Positions 1 through 9,212 of a DNA stretch of 64,000 nucleotides are shown here, in pieces (position 1 is the stretch's first letter; each line of letters opens with the position of its first letter). This DNA is from an uncultured Spirochaetaceae bacterium (GTDB taxonomy: Bacteria; Myxococcota_A; UBA9160; UBA4427), in NCBI GenBank assembly GCA_964488255.1, contig CAZAUR010000001.1, forward strand, positions 259,244 to 323,243. The letters are read 5' to 3'. The position numbers and the translations under genes are program-made. Under the pieces are notes generated by a model, which had not been told where the DNA came from, ran no database searches, and worked only from the letters and a program-made list of their open reading frames with translations.

Positions 1-557
1 GTCGGCTGCGCGATCTCCGCGAGGGCCGCGATCTCGCCGCGATGGTTCATGCCCATCTCGATCACCGCGAAGCGATCGCTGGCCTCGCGTCGCATGAGCG
101 TGAGCGGGACGCCGAACTCGTTGTTCAGGTTGCCGCGGGTCGCGAGCGTCGGCTCTGCGACTTCGAGGATGCCAGCGCAGAGCTCTTTGGTGGTGGTCTT
201 GCCGTTGCTGCCGGTGATCCCGATGAGCGGACCGTCGAAGCCTTCGCGGTGGCCGCGAGCGAGGGCGGCGAGGGCGGCGGTCGTGTCGTCGACGTGGACC
301 ATGAAGCCGTCGGTTCGCGCGACGGTCTCCTCGATCCGGTCCATCTGCACGAGGGCGCCCGCGGCGCCGCCGACGAGGACGTCGCCCAGGAACCGATGGG
401 CATCGTGGTTCGGCCCGACGATCGCGACGAAGAGGTCGCCCGCGACGACTTCGCGGCTGTCGATCTTCGTCCCGGAGAAGGTCTGGTCGCCCCGACCACG
501 GACGAGCTGTCCGCCCGTCCAGGCGAGGAGCTGATCGAGGGAGGCCGTCGCACTCAT
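1..557 (-). CDS. murF: UDP-N-acetylmuramoyl-tripeptide--D-alanyl-D-alanine ligase MurF, N-terminal part (gene runs off the left edge)
   Basis: My own minus-strand translation from ATG at 557 gives MSATASLDQLLAWTGGQLV...LIGITGSNGKTTTKEL...NLNNEFGVPLTL (Mur ligase P-loop). It is open to the window edge, so it is absent from the ORF track. ATGA overlap with the murE stop; dcw order. Confidence 0.8.
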   Translation of the reverse strand, partial: MSATASLDQLLAWTGGQLVRGRGDQTFSGTKIDSREVVAGDLFVAIVGPNHDAHRFLGDVLVGGAAGALVQMDRIEETVARTDGFMVHVDDTTAALAALARGHREGFDGPLIGITGSNGKTTTKELCAGILEVAEPTLATRGNLNNEFGVPLTLMRREASDRFAVIEMGMNHRGEIAALAEIAQP

Positions 558-2113
558 GCGTCGCCTCCGGACCGCGCGAGGAGCGCACGCCGCGCCTCGA
601 CGCGATCGTCGAAGGGGAACTTCTCGCGACCGAGGATCTGATAGTCCTCGTGTCCCTTGCCCGCGAGGACGACGGTGTCCGTCGCCGCGGCGTCGCCGAT
701 CGCGCGGGTAATCGCCTCGCGCCGGTCGACCAGCACCGCATAACGCCCACGACCGCCCGCGTAGAGCGCTTCCGGCTCGACGCGCTCGAGGCTGCGCAGC
801 CCCTCTTCGACGTCCACGAGGATCGCGACCGGGTCTTCCGTCCGCGGGTTGTCGCTCGTGGCGATCGCGAGGTCCGCGTGGGCCGCGACCGCCTCGGCCA
901 TCAGGGGCCGCTTCGCGCGATCGCGATCTCCGCCGCAGCCGAACACCGCGACGAGTCGTCCTTCACCGAGCGGGCGTACCGCGCGCAACAGCTTCTCGAC
1001 CGCGTCCGGGGTGTGCGCGTAGTCGACCAACACGGTGGGTTCGTCGCGACCGAGGCCTTCGACGCGCTCCATCCGTCCGGGCACCTGCGGGCAGGCCGCG
1101 ACGCCGGCGGCGATCGCGTCGGCGTCCATGCCGAGGGCGCGGCCGATGCCGACGGCGACCAGCAGATTCTCGAGGTTGAAGTCGCCGAGCAGCGGGAGCG
1201 CGACGTCGAAGCGACCCCCCGCGTCCTCGAGGGTCGCGCGCGTGCCTTCGAGACTCGTCGACGCATCGACCAGCCGGAGATCCGCCGCTCCGTCGGCGCC
1301 GCGGCCGACCCGCAAGAGCTCGGCCCCCGCGTCTCTGGCGATGCCGAGCATCTTCTCGCCGGCGGGATCGTCGACGTTCACGACCGCGACCGCGCCGGGC
1401 GCCAGATGATCGCGGAAGAGCCGCGCCTTCGAGGCCAGGTAGGCGTCCATGCTGCCGTGGAAATCGAGGTGGTCCTGGGAGAGGTTCGTGAAGGCCGCGA
1501 CCTTGAACGCGCAGCCCTCGACCCGGCCGAGCTCGAGACCGTGCGAGGAGACCTCCATCACCGTCGCGTCGACCTGTTCGGTCCGCATCGCGCGCAGGGT
1601 GCGCTGCAGGTCGAGGCTCTCGGGGGTCGTGTTGACCGCGACTTCGCGGGTGCCCGCGTACCGGATCTCGACGGTGCCGACGAGACCGACGCGTTGGCCG
1701 GCGTTCGAGAGGATCGACTCCACGAGATAGGTCGTGCTCGTCTTGCCGTTCGTGCCGGTGACGCCCACGAGGTTCATCTCGCTCGCCGGGTGTCCGAAGA
1801 AACGCGCGGAGATCGGCGCGAGGGCGCGCCGGGCATCGGGCACGACGGCGGTCGGGAGTCCGCCGCGCAGGGCGTCCGACGGCATCTCCTCGACGAGCAG
1901 GGCCGCGGCGCCGGCGGCGACCGCGCGCTCGATGAAGTCGTGACCGTCGGAGTTCGCGCCGCGCAGGGCGACGAAGAGGTCGCCGGGCGAGACCTGGCGT
2001 GAGTCGTAACGGACGCCGCGGATCGTCGGGTCGTCGCTCGCCCGGGCCCGGGCGAGAGCGGTCGGCGCGAGGGCTTCCGGCAGGGCGTCGAGCAGCGAAG
2101 AGAGTCGCATCAT
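554..2113 (-). CDS. murE: UDP-N-acetylmuramoyl-L-alanyl-D-glutamate--2,6-diaminopimelate ligase
   Basis: 519-aa ORF with GVTGTNGKTSTTYL P-loop and DNPRTEDP motif. Lies between ftsI and murF. Confidence 0.95.
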   Translation of the reverse strand: MMRLSSLLDALPEALAPTALARARASDDPTIRGVRYDSRQVSPGDLFVALRGANSDGHDFIERAVAAGAAALLVEEMPSDALRGGLPTAVVPDARRALAPISARFFGHPASEMNLVGVTGTNGKTSTTYLVESILSNAGQRVGLVGTVEIRYAGTREVAVNTTPESLDLQRTLRAMRTEQVDATVMEVSSHGLELGRVEGCAFKVAAFTNLSQDHLDFHGSMDAYLASKARLFRDHLAPGAVAVVNVDDPAGEKMLGIARDAGAELLRVGRGADGAADLRLVDASTSLEGTRATLEDAGGRFDVALPLLGDFNLENLLVAVGIGRALGMDADAIAAGVAACPQVPGRMERVEGLGRDEPTVLVDYAHTPDAVEKLLRAVRPLGEGRLVAVFGCGGDRDRAKRPLMAEAVAAHADLAIATSDNPRTEDPVAILVDVEEGLRSLERVEPEALYAGGRGRYAVLVDRREAITRAIGDAAATDTVVLAGKGHEDYQILGREKFPFDDRVEARRALLARSGGDA

Positions 2114-4332
2114 CCCTCCTCCCGGCGGCCGGTTCGCGAGCGGGGCCTGCGTTGCTCGAAGCGGAGCCGCACCGTGCGGTCGCCGCCCTCGAGCACCGTT
2201 CCCGGGATGGGATGTTGGGACACCACCCGACCCTCGATGGCTCCCAGGGTCGTGATGTCGAGGGACTCACTGGCCGCGAGGCGTCGCGCCCGGGCCATCG
2301 TCGTCCCCTCGAAGTCCGGCACGAAGACGAGGTCGAACGATTCACCCGAGCGGGCTGTCCGCTCGCGTGACGCTTCCAGTCGCCGTGTCGCTGGCGCCGG
2401 GCGTCGCAAGTCGGAAGGTCCCGCCGCCACCTCGAGGGTGGCGGCGGGACGGGCCGGGGGGGCCGCGACAGCCGCGCGAGGCGGCTCTTTTCGTGTGGGC
2501 TTCTTCACCGCGCGAGGCCGGAGGCGCTCGGGCGGCGGCGTGGAGACCGCGGCCAGCTGCGGCGCCGTCTGATCCGTCGACTCGTCCGTCGATTCGCTGT
2601 CGGCGAGCAGGGTCGGGAAGGGCGCCGCCGGGATCGGGGCGGGTCGCGTCGTGATGCCGCGCCGGCCGAGCTGGGCGGCGGCGACGCGCGCGAAGAGCGG
2701 CGCGGCGATGCCGCCACCGCTGTGGAGCGGTCCCTTCGGCTCGTCGACCGCCACGACGATCGCGAGCTCGGGATCGTCGGCGGGCACGACGCCGATGAAC
2801 CACGCGATGTATCGACTCTTCGAATAGCGTCCGGCCTCGACGTCGAGCTTCTGCGCGGTGCCCGTCTTGCCGGCGACGCGGACGCCTTCGAGGGCGGCGA
2901 GTCGGCCGGTGCCCTCGGCGGACACCACGGTCTGCAGCATGTCGAGGGTGAGGCGCGCAGCGCGCGGGGAGACGGCGCGTCCGTGTGGGCGCACGTCGGT
3001 GGTTCGCCAACCCTCTTCGCCGCGGCGGCGCGCGAGGACGAGACGCGGCTCCATGCGCATGCCGTCGTTCGCGAGGGCACCGAGGGCCGAGGCGAGCTGG
3101 ATGCCGGTGATCGACAGGCCCTGACCGTAGGAGATCGCGGCCTGGTCGACCGGCTGCCAGCCTCGCCAGTCGCGGAGGATGCCCGAGGACTCGAAGGGGA
3201 AGCGCGACCGTGTTCGGGTGCCGAACCCGAATCGCTCGAGGCCCTGATACTGTGCCTCGCGTCCCATCGCCTGGGCGATCAGGACCGCACCGACGTTGCT
3301 CGACACGCGCAGCACGTCGGCGGGGGCCAACACGCCGAAGGGCTTGCGATCCTTGATCGTCTTGCCGCGCACGCGGAGCCGACCTTCGTCGCCGGTGTCG
3401 AAGAGTTGCGCGGGATCGACCGCGCGTGCATCGATCGCGGAGGCGACCAGGAAGGCCTTCATCGTCGAGCCCGCCTCGACCGCATCCGTGAAGGTCCGCG
3501 CGCGCGTCTCGCGATAGTCGAGGGTGCGGAACGCGTTCGGATCGAAGCCCGGCGCTTCGGCGAGGGCGAGCACGTCCCCGCTCTTCGGGTCGAGGGTCAG
3601 CACGAGCCCGCCTTCCGCCTCGCTCGCGTCGACCACGTCCGCGAGCGCGGCTTCGGCGGCGCCCTGCATCGCGGCATCGATCGTGAGGGCGACGTCGCCG
3701 CCTTCGACCTCGCGCAGGTCCGCCCCGTGCAGCGCCAGGGCGCGCCCCTTCGCGTCGCGTTCGATGCGCACCCGTCGCGGCTGTCCCGTCAGCCAGTCGT
3801 TCTCGAGCTGCTCGATCCCGCGGACGCCTTGACCATCGATGTTCGCGAAGCCCAGGAGCGGCGCGGCGAAGGTGCCGGCCGGGTAGGAGCGCCGCGGCTC
3901 GCGGTCGATCCCGACGCCCGGAAGCTCGAGGGCGCGGATGCGCTCCGCCTGCCTCGGTTCGACCCAGCGCGCGATGTAGGTGAAGCCCTGGCGGTTCGCG
4001 ATGCGGCGGGCGATCGCGGTCAGATCGACGTCGAGCACCTCCGCGAGGGCGTGCGCGGTCGCGGCGCGGTCGTCCATCTCGCGCGGCAGCGCGTAGATCG
4101 AAGCCGCTTCGGTCGTGATCGCCAGCTCGCGGCCATGGCGATCGAAGATGGTCCCGCGCGCGGCCGAGAGTCGCTGTTCGGTCTGGATCTGTTGATCGTA
4201 GAGCTCGCGCGCCCGGGTGTGGGCGACCGTGAGATGTGCCGCGCGACCGGCGAGAAGCAGGACGACGGCGAGACCGGTGAGGCGGATCCAGACGATCCGG
4301 CCCGATGCGCGGTCGAGCGCCTGCGACCTCAT
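2110..4332 (-). CDS. ftsI: Peptidoglycan D,D-transpeptidase FtsI (class B PBP) with a P/A/R-rich linker and a C-terminal PASTA-like domain
   Basis: 740-aa ORF with N-terminal TM segment, transpeptidase motifs (AGSTMK, GKTGTA) and dcw position. C-terminal segment VFVPDFEGTTMARARRLAASESLDITTLGAIEGRVVSQHPIPGTVLEGGDRTVRLRF fits the PASTA pattern. Confidence 0.9.
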   Translation of the reverse strand: MRSQALDRASGRIVWIRLTGLAVVLLLAGRAAHLTVAHTRARELYDQQIQTEQRLSAARGTIFDRHGRELAITTEAASIYALPREMDDRAATAHALAEVLDVDLTAIARRIANRQGFTYIARWVEPRQAERIRALELPGVGIDREPRRSYPAGTFAAPLLGFANIDGQGVRGIEQLENDWLTGQPRRVRIERDAKGRALALHGADLREVEGGDVALTIDAAMQGAAEAALADVVDASEAEGGLVLTLDPKSGDVLALAEAPGFDPNAFRTLDYRETRARTFTDAVEAGSTMKAFLVASAIDARAVDPAQLFDTGDEGRLRVRGKTIKDRKPFGVLAPADVLRVSSNVGAVLIAQAMGREAQYQGLERFGFGTRTRSRFPFESSGILRDWRGWQPVDQAAISYGQGLSITGIQLASALGALANDGMRMEPRLVLARRRGEEGWRTTDVRPHGRAVSPRAARLTLDMLQTVVSAEGTGRLAALEGVRVAGKTGTAQKLDVEAGRYSKSRYIAWFIGVVPADDPELAIVVAVDEPKGPLHSGGGIAAPLFARVAAAQLGRRGITTRPAPIPAAPFPTLLADSESTDESTDQTAPQLAAVSTPPPERLRPRAVKKPTRKEPPRAAVAAPPARPAATLEVAAGPSDLRRPAPATRRLEASRERTARSGESFDLVFVPDFEGTTMARARRLAASESLDITTLGAIEGRVVSQHPIPGTVLEGGDRTVRLRFEQRRPRSRTGRREEG

Positions 4333-4898
4333 CGCCCGCCCTCCGCGTTCGGCGCCGGGGTGCGCAAGCCCGGCGGCGGCGCGGCGACCGCGGGCAACGG
4401 GAGGGCGCCTTCTTCGCTGAGCGCCGCGCGTGCGAAGCCGCGCGTGAGGGGGACGTCGCCCGCCGGGTCGGTCGTCGCGCGCGGTCCCGGCATCGGGTCC
4501 ACGAGCGCGATCACACGCTCCGCCGGCCGGTAGCCGCGCTCCCGCGCGAGCGCGGCGAGCACCGAGGGATCGCGCAACGCGCGCAGACGCACGATCAACG
4601 CGCGCTGTTCTTCGATCAGGGCCTGTTCCTGGCCGAGGCTCGCCGCTACGGCATAACGCGTGCGGATCAGGTCGATGCGCAGGGACGCGACGCAGAGGGC
4701 GACCACGAGGGCGAGGGCGACCAGGGGCACGAGCGTGCGCGACCGGGGCGCGCCCCGGAAGCGCGCGAGGTCGACGCCGATCCAGGTGTGTCGCTCGATC
4801 GGTTCTTCCGGCTCCCTGCGGCGCGACGCCTTCTGCGCCGCGCGGCCGGCGCGATGGAGGCGCGCGCGTTCCCGGCGATCGTAGGTCGAGGCGCTCAT
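4329..4898 (-). CDS. ftsL: FtsL-like cell division protein (single-pass membrane protein)
   Basis: Internal ATG at 4898 (MSASTYDRRE...) forms an ATGA overlap with the rsmH stop. One TM segment (LVPLVALALVVALCVASL) followed by a helical region. Sits between rsmH and ftsI. The longer 233-aa ORF start would overlap rsmH. Confidence 0.55.
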   Translation of the reverse strand: MSASTYDRRERARLHRAGRAAQKASRRREPEEPIERHTWIGVDLARFRGAPRSRTLVPLVALALVVALCVASLRIDLIRTRYAVAASLGQEQALIEEQRALIVRLRALRDPSVLAALARERGYRPAERVIALVDPMPGPRATTDPAGDVPLTRGFARAALSEEGALPLPAVAAPPPGLRTPAPNAEGGR

Positions 4899-5857
4899 GC
4901 CGCCTCCCGCCTGCGCGCTGCGCGCAGACGCGCGGAGCGGGCGCGCGGGTTGCGCTCGGTCTCGTCGTCGTTCGGCACGACCGGGCGGCGTGTCAGGATC
5001 TCGAGGGTCGGCACGCGGCCGCAGCGGCATTCCGGAAACGACGGCGGGCAGGAGCAGCCCTTGGCCTCGCTCCGGAAGGTCTGCTTGACGAGGCGATCCT
5101 CGAGGCTGTGATAGGCGATGGCGGCGAGGCGTCCGCCCGGACGCAGCACGCGAATCGCGGCCTGCAGCCCGTCTTCGAGCGCGCCGAGCTCGTCGTTCAC
5201 GGCGATCCGGAGCGCCTGGAAGACCAGCGTCGCCGGGTTGTGCCGGCGGCCGCGGCCGATGCCGAGCTCTCCGATCAGGTCCACGAGATCCGCCGCGGTC
5301 TCGAAGGGCGCTGCCTCGCGCCGCGCGACGATCGCCTTCGCGAGCCTGCGAGAACCCGGGAGCTGGCCGTACTCCGAGAAGATCTTCTCGAGCGCCTGGG
5401 TGTCGAGGCTGGCGAGGAGTGCTGAAGCCGGGGCGCGATCGCCGTCGCTGTCCATCCGCATGTCGAGCGGGCTCTCGTCCGGCGCGTCACCGAACCGGAA
5501 GCCGCGGGTGGGCTCGTCGAGCTGATGCGAGGAGACGCCGAGGTCGAGGACGATGGCGTCGATCCCGTCCGGCGCGAAATCCGCGGCGACGTCGTCGAGG
5601 CGGCGGAACGAGGACTGGACAAGGCGAACGCGTTCGCCGAATCCGGCCTTCTCGAGGCGGTTTCCGGCCTCCCGGAGCGCTTCCGCGTCGAGGTCGAGTC
5701 CGAGCAGGATACCGTCCGGGCCCGTTCGCTCGAGGATGGCGTGCGCATGGCCGCCGCCGCCGAGGGTGCCGTCGAGGACGACGGCGCCAGGCTGTAGATC
5801 GAGCAGTCCGAGGGTTTCGGCGAGAAGGACGGGTTCGTGGTAGGCCGTGGTCACCAC
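4895..5857 (-). CDS. rsmH: 16S rRNA (cytosine1402-N4)-methyltransferase
   Basis: 320-aa ORF beginning YHEPVLLAETL, with DGTLGGGGHA and DLGVSSHQLD motifs. dcw position. Confidence 0.95.
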   Translation of the reverse strand: MVTTAYHEPVLLAETLGLLDLQPGAVVLDGTLGGGGHAHAILERTGPDGILLGLDLDAEALREAGNRLEKAGFGERVRLVQSSFRRLDDVAADFAPDGIDAIVLDLGVSSHQLDEPTRGFRFGDAPDESPLDMRMDSDGDRAPASALLASLDTQALEKIFSEYGQLPGSRRLAKAIVARREAAPFETAADLVDLIGELGIGRGRRHNPATLVFQALRIAVNDELGALEDGLQAAIRVLRPGGRLAAIAYHSLEDRLVKQTFRSEAKGCSCPPSFPECRCGRVPTLEILTRRPVVPNDDETERNPRARSARLRAARRREAA

Positions 5858-6146
5858 TCCGGGCGCCCCTCGTCGATGTGGACCGTCAGGTCTCCTCGGT
5901 TCGCCTCTCCCGCGTCGGGCTCAGGGGCAGGGGAGAGGAGAATGGCTCGCGCCGGAGGTGGGACCCGCACCGTTAGGTGCGGGGGCGAGAGCAGTGTGAG
6001 AGAAGATGTTGGGGCGTCCCGGGACACGTATCTTCGGCACGTACCCCCCAGTAACCGCGCCGGAGACCCTATGTGCCCCGGGAACACCCCAACCTCTCTC
6101 CTGGAGAGCGCTTCCCTGAAGAAGGCTCTCCAGTCCCCCCAAAAAG

Positions 6147-6593
6147 CTACGACCCTGAATTTCCCTGGTGCAGGGTTCGTTTGATGTCTTCCAGGCCCAT
6201 CACCGTCTCGGTCTGGCCTGCTTCATAACGCGAGGGGCTCCAGATCTCGATTCGCTCGAGCACCCCCGCGACGATGACGTTCTTCTCGAGCCCGGCGTGG
6301 TCGCGGAGAAAGGCCGGAACCAGGATTCGGCCCTGGGTATCCACCGGGCAGGGCGTGGAGCCGGTCGCGTAGAAGCGACGCAGGCGCTGGGCGTCGGGAT
6401 CGAGGCTGGACATCTCCATCAGTCGCTGCTCTTCGGCGGCCCAGGTCTCGGCCGGGAAGAGGGCCAGATGATCCTTCTCGTTAACCAACATCGGTGGACT
6501 TTCCCCCGCACCTACCAGCTCGCCTCGGAACACCCGCGGAATGCTGAGTCGCCCCTTGGCGTCGATCGTGTGGTCGTGACGTCCACGAAACAT
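6147..6593 (-). CDS. mraZ: Transcriptional regulator MraZ
   Basis: 148-aa ORF beginning MFRGRHDHTIDAKGRLSIP, with a second SpoVT/AbrB-like half. First gene of the dcw cluster. Confidence 0.95.
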   Translation of the reverse strand: MFRGRHDHTIDAKGRLSIPRVFRGELVGAGESPPMLVNEKDHLALFPAETWAAEEQRLMEMSSLDPDAQRLRRFYATGSTPCPVDTQGRILVPAFLRDHAGLEKNVIVAGVLERIEIWSPSRYEAGQTETVMGLEDIKRTLHQGNSGS

Positions 6594-6751
6594 CGTTCTA
6601 CAAATGCCTCGCTTTTCGTCTTGTCGGTCTCGACGGCCGTTGCGGCTATGCTCTGGCCAGGTTCGATGGATTCATCCGTTCGGGTCGATCCGGAAGGCGT
6701 TCTGCGAGAGGCCTTCCGGCTCCACTCTTTCCCAAGAGGACGTCGTTTGAT

Positions 6752-6800
6752 CCCACCGTGCCCCACTCGACTGACTTTCTATCCCACCTTGTCCCACCCA
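6752..6800 (-). promoter_or_regulatory. Candidate MraZ operator: phased GTGGG/TGGG repeats upstream of mraZ
   Basis: On the plus strand, CCCA(C) occurs at 6752, 6762, 6783, 6793 and 6797 (TGGG on the mraZ strand). Two pairs have exact 10-bp spacing. The repeats lie about 160-200 nt upstream of the mraZ ATG. Confidence 0.4.
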
Positions 6801-7079
6801 CGCAAGGCAAAATCCGCCCGATGCGTGTTTTTTTTCGCGCATCGCACAATTCACCCCAAGCCTTGTACCGCCGAGTCGAAGACGAGGCGAAAGCCGAGGG
6901 CTGGGTGTTGGGGCGTCATCCCACCCGGGTCGGAGGGCTCGCCGGAGCCGGTGGCGGCGCGAATCTGGGCGTAGGGCCGGCGATCGCGTCGGCCGCATAA
7001 CACGCGCGGCGTCTTCGAATCGCACGGGTCGTGCCGGGCGGCTGGGGAGGTGGGAGTCGGGCGCAGGGCTGGGGTCGGC

Positions 7080-7247
7080 CGGCGCGTCCCAGCGAGCCAG
7101 CGCGTCCTATCCGTCCGCCTCGACGAGCATGCGGATGTGATCCATCTGCACCGAGTCGTGCACGACCCGAAAGCTCCCGTGATCGCAGGCGCGCCGAAGT
7201 GGTTCCCCGAATGCCACCGGCCAGCGCTGGCTTCGCACGCCTAACAA
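7080..7247 (-). pseudogene. Decayed fragment of an IS200-like/RAYT-like Y1 transposase gene
   Basis: The tail of spurious ORF 7107-7901 reads RSQRWPVAFGEPLRRACDHGSFRVVHDSVQMDHIRMLVEADG*. This aligns with RNPRWLRAFRETLGRGCERGDFRVVHYSVQRDHIHMIVEAAGK of the intact gene at 26604-27293. Weak similarity continues past the TAG (DALAR vs QALAS). There is no N-terminus and no catalytic Tyr region. Confidence 0.6.
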
Positions 7248-7285
7248 GTAGCGGGCGTCGGTTCGAGGCTTCGAGACCGCGGCGC

Positions 7286-8374
7286 CTACCGCGCTCCGAG
7301 GTTCGGGATCCGTCGCCCGTGCACCTCGAAGACCCCGTCGACGATCGACTTGAGCACGGAGCCGGATTCCAGGTTTCCGCGACCGTCTTCGGTCCCGTAC
7401 GCCAGGCGCTTCTCGTCGGCGAGGAGGGATTCGAGCACGGCGGTGGTGCCCTCGCGGACGCCCGAGAGGGCGTAACCGCCTTCGAGGACGTGGACGATCC
7501 GGCCTTCGCAGAGGGTATCGGCGAGGGAACGGAGGATCGCGGACATCGTGCGATAGCCGTCGAGGCTGATCTCCATCGAGGCGAGGGGATCGTCGCGATG
7601 GGCGTCGAAGCCGCAGGAGACGACGATCAGGTCCGGTGCGAAGCCCATCGCGGCGGGGACGATCAAGCGCTCCACGACGCCGATGTACTCCACGTCGCCG
7701 CAGCCCGGCGGCATAGGGATGTTCAGCGTCGTGCCCAGTCCGCGACCTTCGCCTTCTTCGCCGAAGTCGCCGGTTCCCGGGTAGAACGGGAACTGGTGCG
7801 TGGACGCGTAGAGGACGCTCGGATCGTCCTGGAGAATGTGCTGGGTTCCGTTGCCATGATGCACGTCCCAATCGAAGACGAAGATGCGCGGCGCTCCGCA
7901 CTCTGCCTGGAGGGCACGCACGGCGACCGCCACGTTGTTGAAGAGACAGAAGCCCATGGAGCGCGCGGCTTCGGCGTGGTGGCCCGGGGGTCGGACCGCG
8001 GCGATGCCCCGTGCGACGTCGCCTTCGAGCACCCGTCGGGCGAGATCGATCGTCCCGCCCGCGGCGAGGCGAGCGACGTCGAAGCTCGAGGGCGTGTGAT
8101 AGGTGTCCGCGTCGATCCGGCCCGGCGGCAGCTCGCGCGTGGTCTCGAGCGCCTGGAGCATGCGCGCGTCGTGGGCGCGCAGGATCTCGTCGGGCTCGGC
8201 TTCGCGCGGCGACACGAGCGTGACGTCTTCGCGGAAGGGGTCGAGCGCTTCCGAGAAGGCGATCAACCGCTCGGGACGCTCGGGGTGACCGTCGGGGCCG
8301 CGGTGGCTCTGGTAGCGGGCGTCTTCGACGACCTCGACCGTGGGCGTGGGAGCTTCGGGGGTTGCCTCGGTCAT
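7286..8374 (-). CDS. Histone deacetylase-family (acetoin utilisation/acetylpolyamine amidohydrolase-like) deacetylase
   Basis: 362-aa ORF with RPPGHHAE, DWDVHHGNGTQ and GFDAH motifs. Confidence 0.85.
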   Translation of the reverse strand: MTEATPEAPTPTVEVVEDARYQSHRGPDGHPERPERLIAFSEALDPFREDVTLVSPREAEPDEILRAHDARMLQALETTRELPPGRIDADTYHTPSSFDVARLAAGGTIDLARRVLEGDVARGIAAVRPPGHHAEAARSMGFCLFNNVAVAVRALQAECGAPRIFVFDWDVHHGNGTQHILQDDPSVLYASTHQFPFYPGTGDFGEEGEGRGLGTTLNIPMPPGCGDVEYIGVVERLIVPAAMGFAPDLIVVSCGFDAHRDDPLASMEISLDGYRTMSAILRSLADTLCEGRIVHVLEGGYALSGVREGTTAVLESLLADEKRLAYGTEDGRGNLESGSVLKSIVDGVFEVHGRRIPNLGAR

Positions 8375-8455
8375 GGGAGTCTCGCCGGGCCGTCGTGCGG
8401 CGTCTGGGGTCGTCTGGGGATCGGAGCCAGGGTCGGGGGTGGCGCTCGCGACCGT

Positions 8456-9118
8456 TCAGGGCGCGTCCTTGTCGCGAAGCGCCTCTTCGAGTCGCTCCAT
8501 CGCCGTCGCTACGCGCTCGAGGTTCTCGTTCAAGGCATCGAGGTCGCGCTTGCGCGGAATGTCGGAGAGGTTGCGAAGGTCGCTGCGTTCGATCGCGTTC
8601 GAGATCGCGGACTGGATCGACTCGCGCAGGTCCGGGAGTCCCGAGAAGGGGCGTCGCCGGGCGTTTTCGCGCTCTTCGTCGGTCTCGGCGTCCTCATCGC
8701 GCTCGTCGTCACGACGCGCGAAGGGCGAGCGACGTTCGTGTCCCTCTGCTTCGTCCCAGCCGAATCCGCGACCGACCCCGGGCGGGTTGTCGACGAATTG
8801 CTTGAAGCGATCCTGGAACTCGCCGAGTCCATCCGTCGCCTCGTCGACGCTCTTCTTGATCGCACCGTAGAGCGCGTCGCCGCCGCGGGAGAGGATCTGC
8901 GTCAGGAGCGTGTCGGACGGATCTTCCTTGTCGCGCTGGTTGCCGACGAGGATCTGGGAGAGCGCCACGCGCGTGATGTCCTCGCCCGTCTCCTTGTCGA
9001 CGACGCGGACCTCCTCGCCTTCGTCGAGGAGCTTCGCAATCCCCTTCAGCGTGATGTAGCGGCTCGTCTCGGTGTTGTAGAGCTTACGGTTGGCATACCG
9101 CTTGATGAGGATCGCCAT
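8456..9118 (-). CDS. phaR: Polyhydroxyalkanoate synthesis repressor PhaR
   Basis: N-terminus MAILIKRYANRKLYNTETSRYITLKGIAKLLDEGEEVRVVDKETGEDIT is the characteristic PhaR DNA-binding domain. Confidence 0.85.
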   Translation of the reverse strand: MAILIKRYANRKLYNTETSRYITLKGIAKLLDEGEEVRVVDKETGEDITRVALSQILVGNQRDKEDPSDTLLTQILSRGGDALYGAIKKSVDEATDGLGEFQDRFKQFVDNPPGVGRGFGWDEAEGHERRSPFARRDDERDEDAETDEERENARRRPFSGLPDLRESIQSAISNAIERSDLRNLSDIPRKRDLDALNENLERVATAMERLEEALRDKDAP

Positions 9119-9212
9119 GATGGGGGCAGTCTAGCGCGCGATCCCCGACTTCCTTCCGGATGGAGCGCGCGAACCGCGGGCGCCGGGTGCCGAGCCGCCG
9201 CGTGTCGCGGCC

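Noticed and set aside
6820-6843. Hairpin GATGCGTG-T8-CGCGCATC, considered as an intrinsic terminator.
   Set aside because: The T-run forms the loop rather than following the stem on either strand, so it does not fit a rho-independent terminator. Its function is unknown.
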